Source of the DNA: Hyperthermus butylicus DSM 5456
Lineage (GTDB): Archaea; Thermoproteota; Thermoprotei_A; Sulfolobales; Pyrodictiaceae
Direction of reading: 5' to 3'
NCBI RefSeq assembly: GCF_000015145.1
Contig: NC_008818.1
Span: 60,001-92,000 of the forward strand
DNA length: 32,000 nucleotides
The translations under genes and the position numbers were made by a program. The notes below the pieces were generated by a model, which was given only the letters and a program-made list of their open reading frames with translations, had not been told where the DNA came from and ran no database searches. Below are positions 9,368 to 18,977 of this stretch, in pieces (the stretch's first letter is position 1; each line of letters starts with the position of its first letter).

Positions 9368-10417
9368 GTGGGGGAGACGCGGCGGATTCAGGCTACTGGC
9401 GGCGGATCGTATGTTATAACGCTGCCGAAGGAGTGGATTAGGCTTCACCGTCTCGGTAAGGGCTCTGAGGTTATCGTGTCGGTTGAGCCTGATGGCTCTC
9501 TGAGGATTAGGCCCGTTGGGGCTGGGGGTGGGCGGGCAAGCATTACTACCCGGATTGTTGTTGAGCCTGGATGGGGTGTTGGCGAGCTTGTGCGTAGGCT
9601 GGTCTCCTACTATGTTGTCGGCGCTGATGTCATCGAGCTGGTGTTCCGGGGTCAGGTTGGCGCCGAGGTGCTGAGGGGGCTTCGCGACTTTGTCTCGAGG
9701 CGGCTTATCGGCGTGGAGGTTGTCGAGGAGTCCTCTTCGAGCATAGTGTTCCAGGTTGTTGCTGACGAGGCTAGCCTCCCGCTTAGCACCTCCGTCCGCA
9801 GGCTCATGAGGACCGTTGAGTTGATGCTTGATGACCTTATCACGGCTCTCCGGGAACTCAACGAGGCTACACTACTCGAGATCGATGAGAGGGACGACGT
9901 TGTAGACAAGTTCTACATGTTCATATCCAGGCAGCTTGTCAGCGTACTCGCTGGTCACCGCCAGCCGGGCGAGATAGGGCTTGGCTCCGCCGCGGAGGCC
10001 GGCCTCATACTCATGGCGTCAAAACACGTTGAGCGGGCTGGCGACCACGTCTCGAGAATGGCGCGTAGTGCGCTCGAGGGGTTCAGGCTCGGGCTCTGGA
10101 CACGGTATAGCAGTGTTAGGGATCGTGTCGTAGAGCACCTGGCCGGCGTGCTTGAGAACTACCGCGATGCTGTCACGACATTCCTAAACCCTAGCCCCGA
10201 GAGGGTTGACCGCGGCGTGGAGGCCTCCTCGAGGCTCCGCGCAGAGAACGACGAGATAGCACGCCAAATAGTTGGAAGTCTCGACTACAGCTCGGCCATG
10301 CTTATGCAAAGGTTTCTCGAGAGCGCACGCCGTATAGTGGACTATAACACGGACATGTTTGAGTTATCACTCAACAGGCGCATGCTGGCGGAGATCCTGG
10401 ATCAGCGGAAGAGCTAG
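9368..10417 (+). CDS. PhoU-domain protein with N-terminal AbrB/MazE-type DNA-binding domain
   Basis: GETRRIQATGGGSYVITLPKEWIRLHRLGKGSEVIVSVEPDGSLRI is AbrB-like, followed by PhoU-like helices (ASKHVERAGDHVSRMA...). GTG at 9368 is a better start than the track's 9281. Confidence 0.82.
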   Translation: MGETRRIQATGGGSYVITLPKEWIRLHRLGKGSEVIVSVEPDGSLRIRPVGAGGGRASITTRIVVEPGWGVGELVRRLVSYYVVGADVIELVFRGQVGAEVLRGLRDFVSRRLIGVEVVEESSSSIVFQVVADEASLPLSTSVRRLMRTVELMLDDLITALRELNEATLLEIDERDDVVDKFYMFISRQLVSVLAGHRQPGEIGLGSAAEAGLILMASKHVERAGDHVSRMARSALEGFRLGLWTRYSSVRDRVVEHLAGVLENYRDAVTTFLNPSPERVDRGVEASSRLRAENDEIARQIVGSLDYSSAMLMQRFLESARRIVDYNTDMFELSLNRRMLAEILDQRKS

Positions 10418-10581
10418 GAAGCGATTCAGCACCAGAAACCGTCATCACGCTCTCAGCATATCTAGCCGTCATCACATCCGGGACAGAGCAGCCAGGCACA
10501 CCCCTATATCGGGCCCGGCCTGGGGGAATGGGCGGATATATCTAGGCCCGGACTTGTTGTATGGCTTTATGTGCCGGGGGT

Positions 10582-11736
10582 ATGATGAGCCTCCCCTCAC
10601 CCCCATGCAGAGCCGGTGCGGTGACGTGCCTCACGGTAGCTGACCCTTCTGGCTGCGTCTCCAGGCTTGTTGGTGCCCGTGAGAGACCCCGCTACAGGCT
10701 CCTCGAACTCCTCGGAGAGCACGGCTACTACTCTATCGGCAGCCGCGTCCACGTCGAAGCCTCCCGGCTCTCGGAGGACCCCTTCCAGGAGCTGACTGTA
10801 CGCATACTCGTCTGGGGTGGCGGGCTCCGGGAGGATAAGGGCTACGTGGGCGGTGTTGTGTACAGCGAGGAGTACATGGGTAGGCAGTATAGTTTCATAC
10901 GCGGCGACGGCGACACCCGCACGGACGCCGTGTATGTGCGGGACGCTAACTGGCGCTGGATGCTGCTGGAGAAGCTGCCAAGCCAGCTTAAACCTTTGAT
11001 CGTCATAGAGATGAGTCTTCTGTGGCGGCACAGTCCGAGGGAGTTGGTGAGCCTGCGTAAGCAAATCGCAGCAGCGCTAGGTGTTGTACGTAGGTATCTC
11101 TGGGACCGCCACCTCCTCCTTGCCGGTATTCCTGAGGGCGGGTTTGAGTGGCTACGCCTACTCATGGGCCGCGGCTCGGTGAGCATCTCCAGCCTGCCAG
11201 GCGACGAGGCAGCAATGCTCCGGGGGGCCCGAAGGATAATACTGCTCGACCCCTCGGCGGAGAAACCCCTCACGCCGAGCGAGGTACTGGAGGCTGACGC
11301 GTTCATCCTTGGGGGTATAGTTGACCGGCTGCCGAGACCCGGCGAGACCTCTAGGCTCCGCCTCCGGGGCTTAGCCGAGCCCCGCCGGCTCCTATTCCAC
11401 GGCGATGTCCATGGGGTACCCAACCGGATAAACATGCTTGTCGAGATACTCCTCCGCGCCCGCTACAAGTATTGCGGAGACCTGGACCAGGCCATACGCT
11501 CCGTGATGAGCCCCCGTGATGCGAGGCTCCGGGCAGCAGTAGAGATCGCCCGGTGGAGCCGGGGCAAGAAGAGAACAGTACCGTGGACGCTCTACGAGGA
11601 GCTGTGTAAATGGCTGCCCCTCACACCTAGGGACTTCGTGCGGGCGGCAAGGATGGCCGGGCTAGAGGTTGAAGGGTCTCCCCGTGAGAATGAGGGGGTT
11701 CAGCAAAGGCCAAACTCGTCACATGGTCAGCGATAG
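10582..11736 (+). CDS. trm10: Archaeal Trm10-like (m1A9/m1G9) SPOUT tRNA methyltransferase
   Basis: LIVIEMSLLWRHSPRELVSLRKQIAAALGVVRRYLWDRHLLLAG...RRIILLDPSAEKPLTPSEVLEADAFILGGIVDRLPRPGETSRLR, typical of the Trm10 SPOUT core. Start uncertain (10561-10621). Confidence 0.75.
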   Translation: MMSLPSPPCRAGAVTCLTVADPSGCVSRLVGARERPRYRLLELLGEHGYYSIGSRVHVEASRLSEDPFQELTVRILVWGGGLREDKGYVGGVVYSEEYMGRQYSFIRGDGDTRTDAVYVRDANWRWMLLEKLPSQLKPLIVIEMSLLWRHSPRELVSLRKQIAAALGVVRRYLWDRHLLLAGIPEGGFEWLRLLMGRGSVSISSLPGDEAAMLRGARRIILLDPSAEKPLTPSEVLEADAFILGGIVDRLPRPGETSRLRLRGLAEPRRLLFHGDVHGVPNRINMLVEILLRARYKYCGDLDQAIRSVMSPRDARLRAAVEIARWSRGKKRTVPWTLYEELCKWLPLTPRDFVRAARMAGLEVEGSPRENEGVQQRPNSSHGQR

Positions 11737-11770
11737 CTGGTTACATCATAACCCCGTTTGCCGGGTAGTG

Positions 11771-12457
11771 TTAGCTTTTCGCCTTAAGCCTGTAGCGGCC
11801 GCCGTCCAGGGGCTCAACAACGCCCTGCTCCACAAGCATTTCGAGGGCATCGCTGTAGTAGAAGTCTTCGACGTCTATACCGTACCACTCCTTGAACTTA
11901 GCCTTGATCTCGTCTAGGCTCCACTCCTCTTTACCCTCCTCCCTGTAGACCTCCTGCATCATCCTCTTGACGAACTGTGTCACGTCCTCAAGCCGCGTCC
12001 ACGGGTACTGGAACCACACCCACTCCTTAACCTCTAGGTAGTAGTAGTCGGGCTTAAACTTGGCAACCGTGCTTATCCACTGGAGCGTAGCTACGCGGAG
12101 CTCGTCGGGTCTCCACTCCCTCAATACGTAGTCTCGCGCAAGCATTACAGTCTCGCCAGTATCCACGATGTCGTCTACCAGTAGCGCGCGGTGGCCACGA
12201 AGGTCAACCCGATATGGGAACTTGAGCACGGCACGCTCAGCAGCTTTGGCAGCCTCCGTCCAGTGCTGGCTCTGCACACTGAGAAGATTCTCTACGCCGA
12301 GAAAATCACAGAGAAGCCTAGCGGGCACGTAGCCGCCACGCGCCACGGCTATAATGACTGTGGGCTTGTAGCCCGACTCCTTTATCTTCCTCGCAAGACC
12401 GCGGCTCCACTCAACAATCTCCTGCCAGGTAACAAGCTTGACGGGAACGCGCGGCAA
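11771..12457 (-). CDS. Purine-type phosphoribosyltransferase
   Basis: PRPP loop ALLVDDIVDTGETVMLA and upstream ARGGYVPARLLCDFLGV. Confidence 0.9.
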   Translation of the reverse strand: MPRVPVKLVTWQEIVEWSRGLARKIKESGYKPTVIIAVARGGYVPARLLCDFLGVENLLSVQSQHWTEAAKAAERAVLKFPYRVDLRGHRALLVDDIVDTGETVMLARDYVLREWRPDELRVATLQWISTVAKFKPDYYYLEVKEWVWFQYPWTRLEDVTQFVKRMMQEVYREEGKEEWSLDEIKAKFKEWYGIDVEDFYYSDALEMLVEQGVVEPLDGGRYRLKAKS

Positions 12458-12524
12458 CCCGATACTTCACCCTAACGGGGACGTAAAAAGAGGGATAAAT
12501 AACGGCTATCCCCGGTCTTCCCAG

Positions 12525-12932
12525 CTATGCCTGGCTGCAGGGATCATAGTTCTCGTCAACCGTTGGCTTTAGGGGTATGAGGCATAGGAAGTGTGCACCC
12601 TCGCTACCAGCCCAGTACTCGTGCTCCACGTTGGGCGGTATGAATATGAACGAACCCTCCCCAACGTCGTATGTATTACTGCCTATCCTCACCTTCATGG
12701 AGCCCTTGATCACGAATATCTCGTGCTCCCATGGATGTTTGTGACCCGGTATATGGGAGCCAGGCTCCATAGTAAAATACCTCATCGCAAACGCCCGGGC
12801 ACCGTCGGAGTCCCTTATGAGCCAGCGTATCCTGACACCCTCTAGCTTCCTGCCAGCTATGACTACATCCTCAGCTTCTACATCCAGGGCCCTGCCTATT
12901 TTCTCGCCGCAGGAACCACGCAGAACAGGCAA
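12525..12932 (-). CDS. Cupin-domain protein
   Basis: MEPGSHIPGHKHPWEHEIFVIKGSMKVRIGSNTYDVGEGSFIFIPPNVEHEYWAG. Confidence 0.88.
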   Translation of the reverse strand: MPVLRGSCGEKIGRALDVEAEDVVIAGRKLEGVRIRWLIRDSDGARAFAMRYFTMEPGSHIPGHKHPWEHEIFVIKGSMKVRIGSNTYDVGEGSFIFIPPNVEHEYWAGSEGAHFLCLIPLKPTVDENYDPCSQA

Positions 12933-12984
12933 GACGAGCTACACCATGTAGGACTAGCTGGCAGAGGGTTAAATGCTGGCGGTC

Positions 12985-13143
12985 GCGTCCGGCCCGGTAC
13001 ACGTCACCGGGCCAGACGCCCTCAGAGGGCTAGGGTCGCGCGAGGGGGCGCGCTCACCCCGCCCTCTGAGGGCTTGTGCCCCGCCTGACCGACCCGCTTC
13101 ATTGCCCCGTCGCCGGGTCTCGGCGGGTGTGAGACCGGCGGGG
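12985..13143. ncRNA. Candidate GC-rich structured RNA or structured 5' leader (three consecutive hairpins); strand and identity unknown
   Basis: Hairpin 1: GCGTC-c-GGCCCGGT acacgtc ACCGGGCC-a-GACGC (12985-13019). Hairpin 2: GCCCTCAGAGGGC...GCCCTCTGAGGGC (13018-13030/13061-13073), inner GGGT/ACCC and GCGCG/CGCGC. Hairpin 3: CCCCG...GTCTC/GAGAC...CGGGG (13105-13143). Confidence 0.4.
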
Positions 13144-13155
13144 CCGCCGTGTGGC

Positions 13156-15303
13156 ATGGATTCTGCACGCTATCCGGCTATTAGGGGTAACGGCGTCCAG
13201 GAACTTTGGGGCGGGCTGGGAACGGGCCTCGGGGTGGTCTATCTGCGCGTTATCGGTGTCGACGTCGAGCCTGGCTGTAGGAACTCCGGGCGCTGCTACT
13301 CTGTCGCAGTGCTCGATGGAGATAAGCTTCTGGCCAAGTATGAGGGCATACCACTGCATAGGCTTATCAGGATTATCTGGGAGTATAAACCGGACATACT
13401 TGCTGTCGACAATATAGCCGAGCTAGCCGAGACCGAGCACGAGCTAGCAAAACTAGCATCAATGCTGCCAGCGGAGATGGCTATCGTGCAGGTTACAAGG
13501 CTGCCCGACGGAAGCTTTGTCGACGTACGTAGACTTGCAAGGCTTGCAGGTCTAGACCCGGGCTCGGGTAAGCTCACGCCCAGCCGCACAGCCTATCTCG
13601 TCGCAGTACTCGCCTCGATGGGTTATGGCTCGAGGGTACGGTTTGTAGAGGAGAAAACGAAGATCGTAATCTCGAGGTCCAGGAGGCTCAAGCACGGCGG
13701 TATGAGCAATCCAAGGTTCCAGCGACGCATAAGGGCAGCAATACTGAGGGCCATGAAGGATGTGAAGAAGCTACTAGATAAACACAAGCTAGACTACGAC
13801 CTTATGATACGTAAGAGCGGTGGCGGCCTGGACAGCGCTGTGTTCATAGTCTACGCGTCCCGACCAGCGCTAAACGGCATTATAAAACCATACGAGGACA
13901 ACGACGTGAGAATAGAGGTAAAACCAATCTATAGCAGCAAGCTCGTCTTCGAAACCACACACGAGAATATAGCACAGCCAAAACCCTACATCATAATCGG
14001 CATAGACCCGGGAATATCCACGGGGGTAGCGATAATAGATATACATGGTAGATTCGTTACGGCCCTAAGCCGCAGGGGGTTCGACCGCAGCGAGGTCATA
14101 GACCTCGTACTCCGCTACGGTGTCCCAGTACTAGTAGCTACCGATGTTAGGCCCGCCCCCGAGTTCGTTAAGAAGCTAGCGGCAGCACTCGGCGTACCCG
14201 TCTACGAGCCTTCTACAAGCCTGTCAGTCGAGGAGAAACGTACACTCTTCGATTCATACGCCCAGAAGTACCCCGTACTAAGAAGGCTAGCTGATGCACA
14301 TGTGCGGGACGCGCTGGCAGCAGCTGTTAAGGCCTACCAGGTATATGAGCCGAAGCTACGCCAGGTCGAGTCCTACGCAGCAAGGCTAGGCATAGACATA
14401 GATGTTGACAGGGTTAAGGCCGACGTGATAAGAGGAGTTACAATCGCCGAGGCCGTGGAGAAGGCTATAAACGAGGCGCTCAACGACATTATGCCTAACA
14501 TGTATCTCGTTAAGAGTGTTAGGAGGGACCACGAGGAGGCTGCTAAGCAGCAACCCGCGGGTGAGAAGCTGGAGAAGCTGCGGGTCGAACTCGAGAGGCT
14601 TAGGGCTGAGAATAAGCTTCTCCGCCAGAGGCTGGCGGAGCTTGACGAGGTCATAGAACGCGTCGAGACGGAGTATCGTCTACTCCAGCTAGAGTATAGG
14701 GCTAGCATAGAGCGTGACCGCGAGATAAACAGACTTGCTAATGAGGTATCATTGCTACGCTCCGAGCTGGAACGGACGAGGATGGAGCTGGAGAAACTGC
14801 AGACCCTTGTAGACGAATACACGAGGGCACTCTTCCTCGTAGCTAAGGGTGCAGCAGTACCAGCCCTCGCCTATGGCGAGCTAAACAGCGATACTGTTAG
14901 GGAGGTCGAGGAAAAGGCTACAGAATATGGCAGGATAGTACTGGTGCTCGACACGGTTAACCCGGTGCACTGGAAGCTCTATGGCCAGAAGGTGTCACAA
15001 GCGCTGCTAGCCGTCCTGCTTCCAGGACAAGCCATGGATAAGAGGAGCGTTATTGAGGAGTACATGGTCCCGGTTCTTCCTGCAGAGGAGTACATAGTCT
15101 TTAGGCATGGACGATACGCCGTCGTAGATTCACGTGTGCTGCTCGACGCGTATCTCCGCAAGCAGGCTCTGCTGGAGGAAAGGCAGTGGAGGGGGGATAG
15201 AAAAACGCTGACAAAGGACGAGCTTAAGAAGCTTATAAGCGAGTATAGGGCTAGGAGAGCTAAGCTGCTCTTAGAAAATAGTAATCTTGCCCTCAACGAA
15301 TAG
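13156..15303 (+). CDS. DUF460 family protein (RNase-H/RuvC-like folds plus coiled coil)
   Basis: [56 protein letters not shown] and N-terminal [10 protein letters not shown], then a long coiled coil ([22 protein letters not shown]...). Track start 12973 runs through the hairpin block; ATG 13156 or a later GTG is more likely. Confidence 0.82.
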   Translation: MDSARYPAIRGNGVQELWGGLGTGLGVVYLRVIGVDVEPGCRNSGRCYSVAVLDGDKLLAKYEGIPLHRLIRIIWEYKPDILAVDNIAELAETEHELAKLASMLPAEMAIVQVTRLPDGSFVDVRRLARLAGLDPGSGKLTPSRTAYLVAVLASMGYGSRVRFVEEKTKIVISRSRRLKHGGMSNPRFQRRIRAAILRAMKDVKKLLDKHKLDYDLMIRKSGGGLDSAVFIVYASRPALNGIIKPYEDNDVRIEVKPIYSSKLVFETTHENIAQPKPYIIIGIDPGISTGVAIIDIHGRFVTALSRRGFDRSEVIDLVLRYGVPVLVATDVRPAPEFVKKLAAALGVPVYEPSTSLSVEEKRTLFDSYAQKYPVLRRLADAHVRDALAAAVKAYQVYEPKLRQVESYAARLGIDIDVDRVKADVIRGVTIAEAVEKAINEALNDIMPNMYLVKSVRRDHEEAAKQQPAGEKLEKLRVELERLRAENKLLRQRLAELDEVIERVETEYRLLQLEYRASIERDREINRLANEVSLLRSELERTRMELEKLQTLVDEYTRALFLVAKGAAVPALAYGELNSDTVREVEEKATEYGRIVLVLDTVNPVHWKLYGQKVSQALLAVLLPGQAMDKRSVIEEYMVPVLPAEEYIVFRHGRYAVVDSRVLLDAYLRKQALLEERQWRGDRKTLTKDELKKLISEYRARRAKLLLENSNLALNE

Positions 15304-16500
15304 CTTTGTCAGCTCCTGGTACTTGTCAAGCTCCTCCTCAACTATCGCCTCTATCTCCCTAAGAGCATTGGATGGCAGTGGCTCTCCAGGCTTCTCCGAT
15401 ACAACCTTAATGTTTGCTATCAAGGGGTCGTTGATTGGCCGGCCAATCTGGCTTAGCAGCTTAACATAGACCTCACGTATCCCAGACACGTTGTCGTAGA
15501 TTCTGCGGGCGATGTTTAGCGCCATGACGTTGTATATCTTACCTACATGGCTTACCGGGTTCTTGCCAGCAGCTGCTTCTAGGCTCATAGGCCGGAGCGG
15601 CGTTATTAGGCCGTAGCTTCTGTTGCCACGGCCGGTCATACCGTCGTCGCCGTGCTCAGCGCTTGTACCCGTAACAGTGATGTATACTATGCCCTTGTCG
15701 GGCTTGTCGGCTGTGTTAACGTAGACCTCTACATCGTAGTCTGGTGCTATCCTGCTAGCAAGGTCGAGTACAGCCTCCTTGATTGCCTCCTTGACGGAGA
15801 GGTAATGGTCAAGGTCTTGCACGAGACTTGATATTATTGCTGCAGCTATTGTCAGCTCTATCTTCCTGCCACGCCGGAGACCCATAACCTTAATGTCCTC
15901 GCCTACCTCCGGGTTCTTCTCCTTAAACTCCTTGCTGTTGAGGAGCCTCTCAGTCTCAAGCACTAGCTGCTCAAGCGTCGAGAACGGGGCAAAGCCCACT
16001 CCTACGCTCGTATCGTTTGCCAGGGGTACACTATCCTTGCCAAGCTCGTATATACCTACAAGATCCGCGCTTCCTTGACCGACCTTGTAATCCACTATTA
16101 TATGGCTCTCCGGGTCTAGGAAGCGGAACTTCTCCCTAATCCACTCCTTCACAGCACGCAGGATAATGGTGCCTATTGGTATTCTCTCGGTTTTACCGTC
16201 TGGCAACCTTACCTCGGTGGTAGCCCTACCCGATACTATGATGTATATGGGCTGTAGAACCTCGCCGCCGCCAAAACGTGGCGCTGCCTGACCACCCACA
16301 ACCAATACCTTGTCAAGGTTGTGGTGTAGTATTGTACCGTACTTCTCGATATAGTACCTTGAGAGGTACTGGCTCGAAATTTCTGCGGCAGCATCAGCTA
16401 TTGTGTCCGGGTGTCCCAGACCCTTCCTCTCGACCAGCTCTACACTCTGCTCTTCGACAGGCTGCAATTTTACACTCTCAACTACGATATTCCTGGGCAC
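15271..16500 (-). CDS. metK: Archaeal S-adenosylmethionine synthetase
   Basis: [95 protein letters not shown]. Confidence 0.96.
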   Translation of the reverse strand: MPRNIVVESVKLQPVEEQSVELVERKGLGHPDTIADAAAEISSQYLSRYYIEKYGTILHHNLDKVLVVGGQAAPRFGGGEVLQPIYIIVSGRATTEVRLPDGKTERIPIGTIILRAVKEWIREKFRFLDPESHIIVDYKVGQGSADLVGIYELGKDSVPLANDTSVGVGFAPFSTLEQLVLETERLLNSKEFKEKNPEVGEDIKVMGLRRGRKIELTIAAAIISSLVQDLDHYLSVKEAIKEAVLDLASRIAPDYDVEVYVNTADKPDKGIVYITVTGTSAEHGDDGMTGRGNRSYGLITPLRPMSLEAAAGKNPVSHVGKIYNVMALNIARRIYDNVSGIREVYVKLLSQIGRPINDPLIANIKVVSEKPGEPLPSNALREIEAIVEEELDKYQELTKLFVEGKITIF

Positions 16501-16583
16501 GTTTTCCCACCATACACCTTCATATTAATAACACCACTTCCTAATCTCACTTGTATTCCACCCGCAGCGATACAATTTAAGAT

Positions 16584-16880
16584 TTAGCCCACCGGTAGCG
16601 AGCCGCCAGTAACAATCTCGAAGTCAACACTCACGTATACGACATGGCTTCCACGTATCAGCACGCGGCCATACTTAACCTTGCGCTCCATAGTCCCTGG
16701 CTTTAGTTCCACACACTCGTCAAGCACTAGGTTCATTGTCGGATCCGTAGCTACGAGTTTTCCAACGTACTCGCTACCATCCTTTAGCTTTACGAAGATA
16801 ACCCTCCCAACAGCCTCGCGTAGGACTCTCAGGGGGCTTACTGGTTTTGCACGCTGCTGAGACACACTTCCACCCCACAA
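16584..16880 (-). CDS. Sm-like (Lsm) archaeal RNA-binding protein
   Basis: Sm1/Sm2 pattern: VIFVKLKDGSEYVGKLVATDPTMNLVLDECVE ... YGRVLIRGSHVVYVSVD. Confidence 0.88.
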   Translation of the reverse strand: MWGGSVSQQRAKPVSPLRVLREAVGRVIFVKLKDGSEYVGKLVATDPTMNLVLDECVELKPGTMERKVKYGRVLIRGSHVVYVSVDFEIVTGGSLPVG

Positions 16881-17132
16881 TTCTCCGCATTTTCTACAGC
16901 GTGGTTACTTCTAGCCGGGGTGCTAGCCTTCAACTCTAGAGACTTTAAGCTTACTACACGCTAGCCCAACAGCTAGCCAAGAAGTAGCTGCTCCTAGCCG
17001 GGGGGTACCAGAGCGTTGAGGAGTACTGTAGAGTATACTCTGCCGGTGAAAGAAGGGAGAGGATCCTAATTTCCCAGCATATCCCCTCTTGTGTATACGC
17101 CTAGCTAGCCTCTCAGCGTCGCCCAGCTAGGC

Positions 17133-17498
17133 CTACTCCTCCTCTGCCTCCTCGAGTTCCTCGAGCACATCCATTACTGCCTCCCTAGCCTCTAACCTTG
17201 CTGGAAGACCGCGTCTCCTAACAGCATCGTATACTTCGTGGGCTAGCGCTGTCAAGTCGTCCAGCAACTCTTCTATGTAGCTCCTCGGGTCAGCCTCTGT
17301 GTCCACGATCTCGCGGATATAGTCTTTAAGCCCTTCATAACCTATCCTTACTGCTATACCCCTACTGGTCTCAACAACCTCAACATAGAGCGGAGCCTCA
17401 CTATGTACAAGCCTTACCGCTTCACCAACCTTCTTCACGGTATAGCCTCTACGCTTAGCTAGCTTCTCAATGTCATCCAGTAGCTCACGCTGTACCAT
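17133..17498 (-). CDS. Conserved-looking hypothetical protein, acidic C-terminus
   Basis: 121-aa ORF with a plausible domain and EEAEEE tail; no family recognised. Confidence 0.55.
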   Translation of the reverse strand: MVQRELLDDIEKLAKRRGYTVKKVGEAVRLVHSEAPLYVEVVETSRGIAVRIGYEGLKDYIREIVDTEADPRSYIEELLDDLTALAHEVYDAVRRRGLPARLEAREAVMDVLEELEEAEEE

Positions 17499-17596
17499 CT
17501 ACGCTCACCGCGGAGTTATGACTTGAAGCTACGTAATTAAAGGGAGCGGGCTTGATAGTCAAGGGATGAAGGATGGGGACACCAGGAGGGAGAGGT

Positions 17597-17698
17597 TGGA
17601 GCCGGGGCCGGGATTTGAACCCGGGATCAACGGGTTTCCACGATGGGCGGGTGCTAGGCACTGCAGCCCGCCGCCTTTGACCGCTCGGCCACCCCGGC
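17597..17698 (-). tRNA. tRNA-Cys (anticodon GCA) with a 25-nt intron at position 37/38 (intron about 17636-17660), U73, CCA encoded
   Basis: Reverse strand: GCCGGGG-TG-GCCGAGCGGTCAAAGGC-G-GCGGG-CTGCAG[TGCCTAGCACCCGCCCATCGTGGAA]A-CCCGT-TGATC-CCGGG-TTCAAAT-CCCGG-CCCCGGC-T-CCA. Removing 25 nt gives a 7-nt anticodon loop CTGCAGA. Confidence 0.88.
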
Positions 17699-17813
17699 GC
17701 CCATCCGTGGAACCTCTATTCTCCTACAGCCTCTCTTTATTAACCTTAGCTCGTTTCCAGCTCATAGCCTTGGGGGTGATTGCCCCAGGCGGAGCTGACG
17801 GCCAGGATGCCGG

Positions 17814-18977
17814 GTGATGTGTTTAGCCTTGTCTGACCCTAGGCACCAAGTCCTCATAGTTGGTGGTGGTGCTGCCGGTCTTTCTGTTGCTGTGAGGGTA
17901 TCCTCTGACGCTGTTCTCGTGTCAGCTTCGCCTAGGCCTGGCTGGCCGCCGCACTGTACTGGGCTTATAAGCCCTGAGACTCTCAAGCTTCTATCTGCAC
18001 ATGAGGCTGTCAGCGATACCTATCGCGGGGCCGTGTTTCTCGACGCGAGGCTCCGAGAGGTGTGCCGTGTTGAGCGGAGGAGGGTACTAGCCTACCGTGT
18101 TAATAGGCCGTTGATGGAGGAAGTTTTCGCCGAGGAAGCTAGGGCTCGTGGAGTACGTATGATGTTCTCCAAGCCGGTCGTACATGTTGACTGGTTAACT
18201 GGCTGTGCAATGCTTGCCGACGGGGGGAGGATTTGCGGCGAACGGGTAGTCCTAGCGCCGGGCTACTCGCCACGCTTTGCGATGCTCTTCGGTGCCGAGC
18301 GTTGTGAGCGCCTCTACGGGGTTGAGGTCAGGGTCGTTCTTGCAAGGAGGATGCTGGATGATGTCTTCTATACCATACATGGCAGCATCTATACACCAGA
18401 GTTCTTCGCCTGGATAGTCCCGGTCAACGCTGGCCGCGAAGCTCTCATCGGGCTTGCAGCACGCAACAAGCCCCTCGAAAGACTTGCAGCTCTGCTTGAC
18501 GACCTAGCCCGCCGCGGCGTAGCAGACTATACTAGGGTCGTTAGTAGGCGTAACGGCATCATAGTTATGGGGCCGGCAGCTAAGAGGATAACTCGTGGCA
18601 AGCTTGTTGGCCTGGGCGATGTGCTATGTGCCTCGAAGCCCTTCACCGGTGGGGGCCTCTACGCAATATCGCGGCTCGCAAGCCTAGTCGCAGGCTATGC
18701 TGACAACACTATTGCATATGGGGAGCTAGATGCTGCTTGGAGGCTGCTCCGTAGAGAGCTGCTGCTACAGCGCAAGCTTACGAAGCTGCTCCGGGTACTG
18801 CTTAGCTCTTCCCTAACAAAGCTTGTACTAGCCCCGATATGCGAGGCGGGAAGCCGGGGGCTCTGCAGCCTAGATTATGATAGGCATAGCAGTGCCGTAA
18901 GCTGCCTCTGGAAGCTGTACAGATTGTGGGGCGGTGGGAGAGTTGCCGAGGCGAGAGCTGCTGAGGAAAATAGCTGA
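17814..18977 (+). CDS. FAD-dependent geranylgeranyl-reductase-family oxidoreductase
   Basis: N-terminal VLIVGGGAAGLSVAVRV, HCTGLISPETL, and LVGLGDVLCASKPFTGGGLYAI. Confidence 0.82.
   Translation: MMCLALSDPRHQVLIVGGGAAGLSVAVRVSSDAVLVSASPRPGWPPHCTGLISPETLKLLSAHEAVSDTYRGAVFLDARLREVCRVERRRVLAYRVNRPLMEEVFAEEARARGVRMMFSKPVVHVDWLTGCAMLADGGRICGERVVLAPGYSPRFAMLFGAERCERLYGVEVRVVLARRMLDDVFYTIHGSIYTPEFFAWIVPVNAGREALIGLAARNKPLERLAALLDDLARRGVADYTRVVSRRNGIIVMGPAAKRITRGKLVGLGDVLCASKPFTGGGLYAISRLASLVAGYADNTIAYGELDAAWRLLRRELLLQRKLTKLLRVLLSSSLTKLVLAPICEAGSRGLCSLDYDRHSSAVSCLWKLYRLWGGGRVAEARAAEENS

Noticed and set aside
9056-9448. 130-aa minus ORF with lysine/proline-rich sequence
   Set aside because: Overlaps the start of the AbrB-PhoU gene and shows no domain-like features.
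10582-10643. Possible C/D box sRNA (ATGATGA at 10582-10588, CTGA at 10640-10643, GGTGACG as C')
   Set aside because: The C-box match coincides with the likely ATGATG start codons of the Trm10-like gene, C'/D' are poor, and the first guide spacing is too long; insufficient evidence.
12969-13157. Minus-strand ORF and the N-terminal extension of the plus ORF across the same block
   Set aside because: Low-complexity Pro/Arg/Gly/Ala peptides generated by GC-rich hairpins on both strands; more likely non-coding.
14373-14822. 149-aa minus ORF (Ser-rich) inside the DUF460 coiled-coil region
   Set aside because: Antisense shadow ORF of a biased coding sequence; same reasoning applies to 10842-11435, 23232-23510, 27834-28046, 28120-28506 and 28996-29397.
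16905-17020. Similar CTAGCCGGGG(T/G) strings at two places in the intergenic region plus GCTAGC-type palindromes
   Set aside because: Short, imperfect, and without a clear pairing architecture or promoter context; probably compositional.
17600-17698. Initially read as a type II tRNA (Leu/Ser) with long variable arm
   Set aside because: No Leu/Ser anticodon fits, and a 25-nt intron at 37/38 yields a perfect tRNA-Cys with U73.
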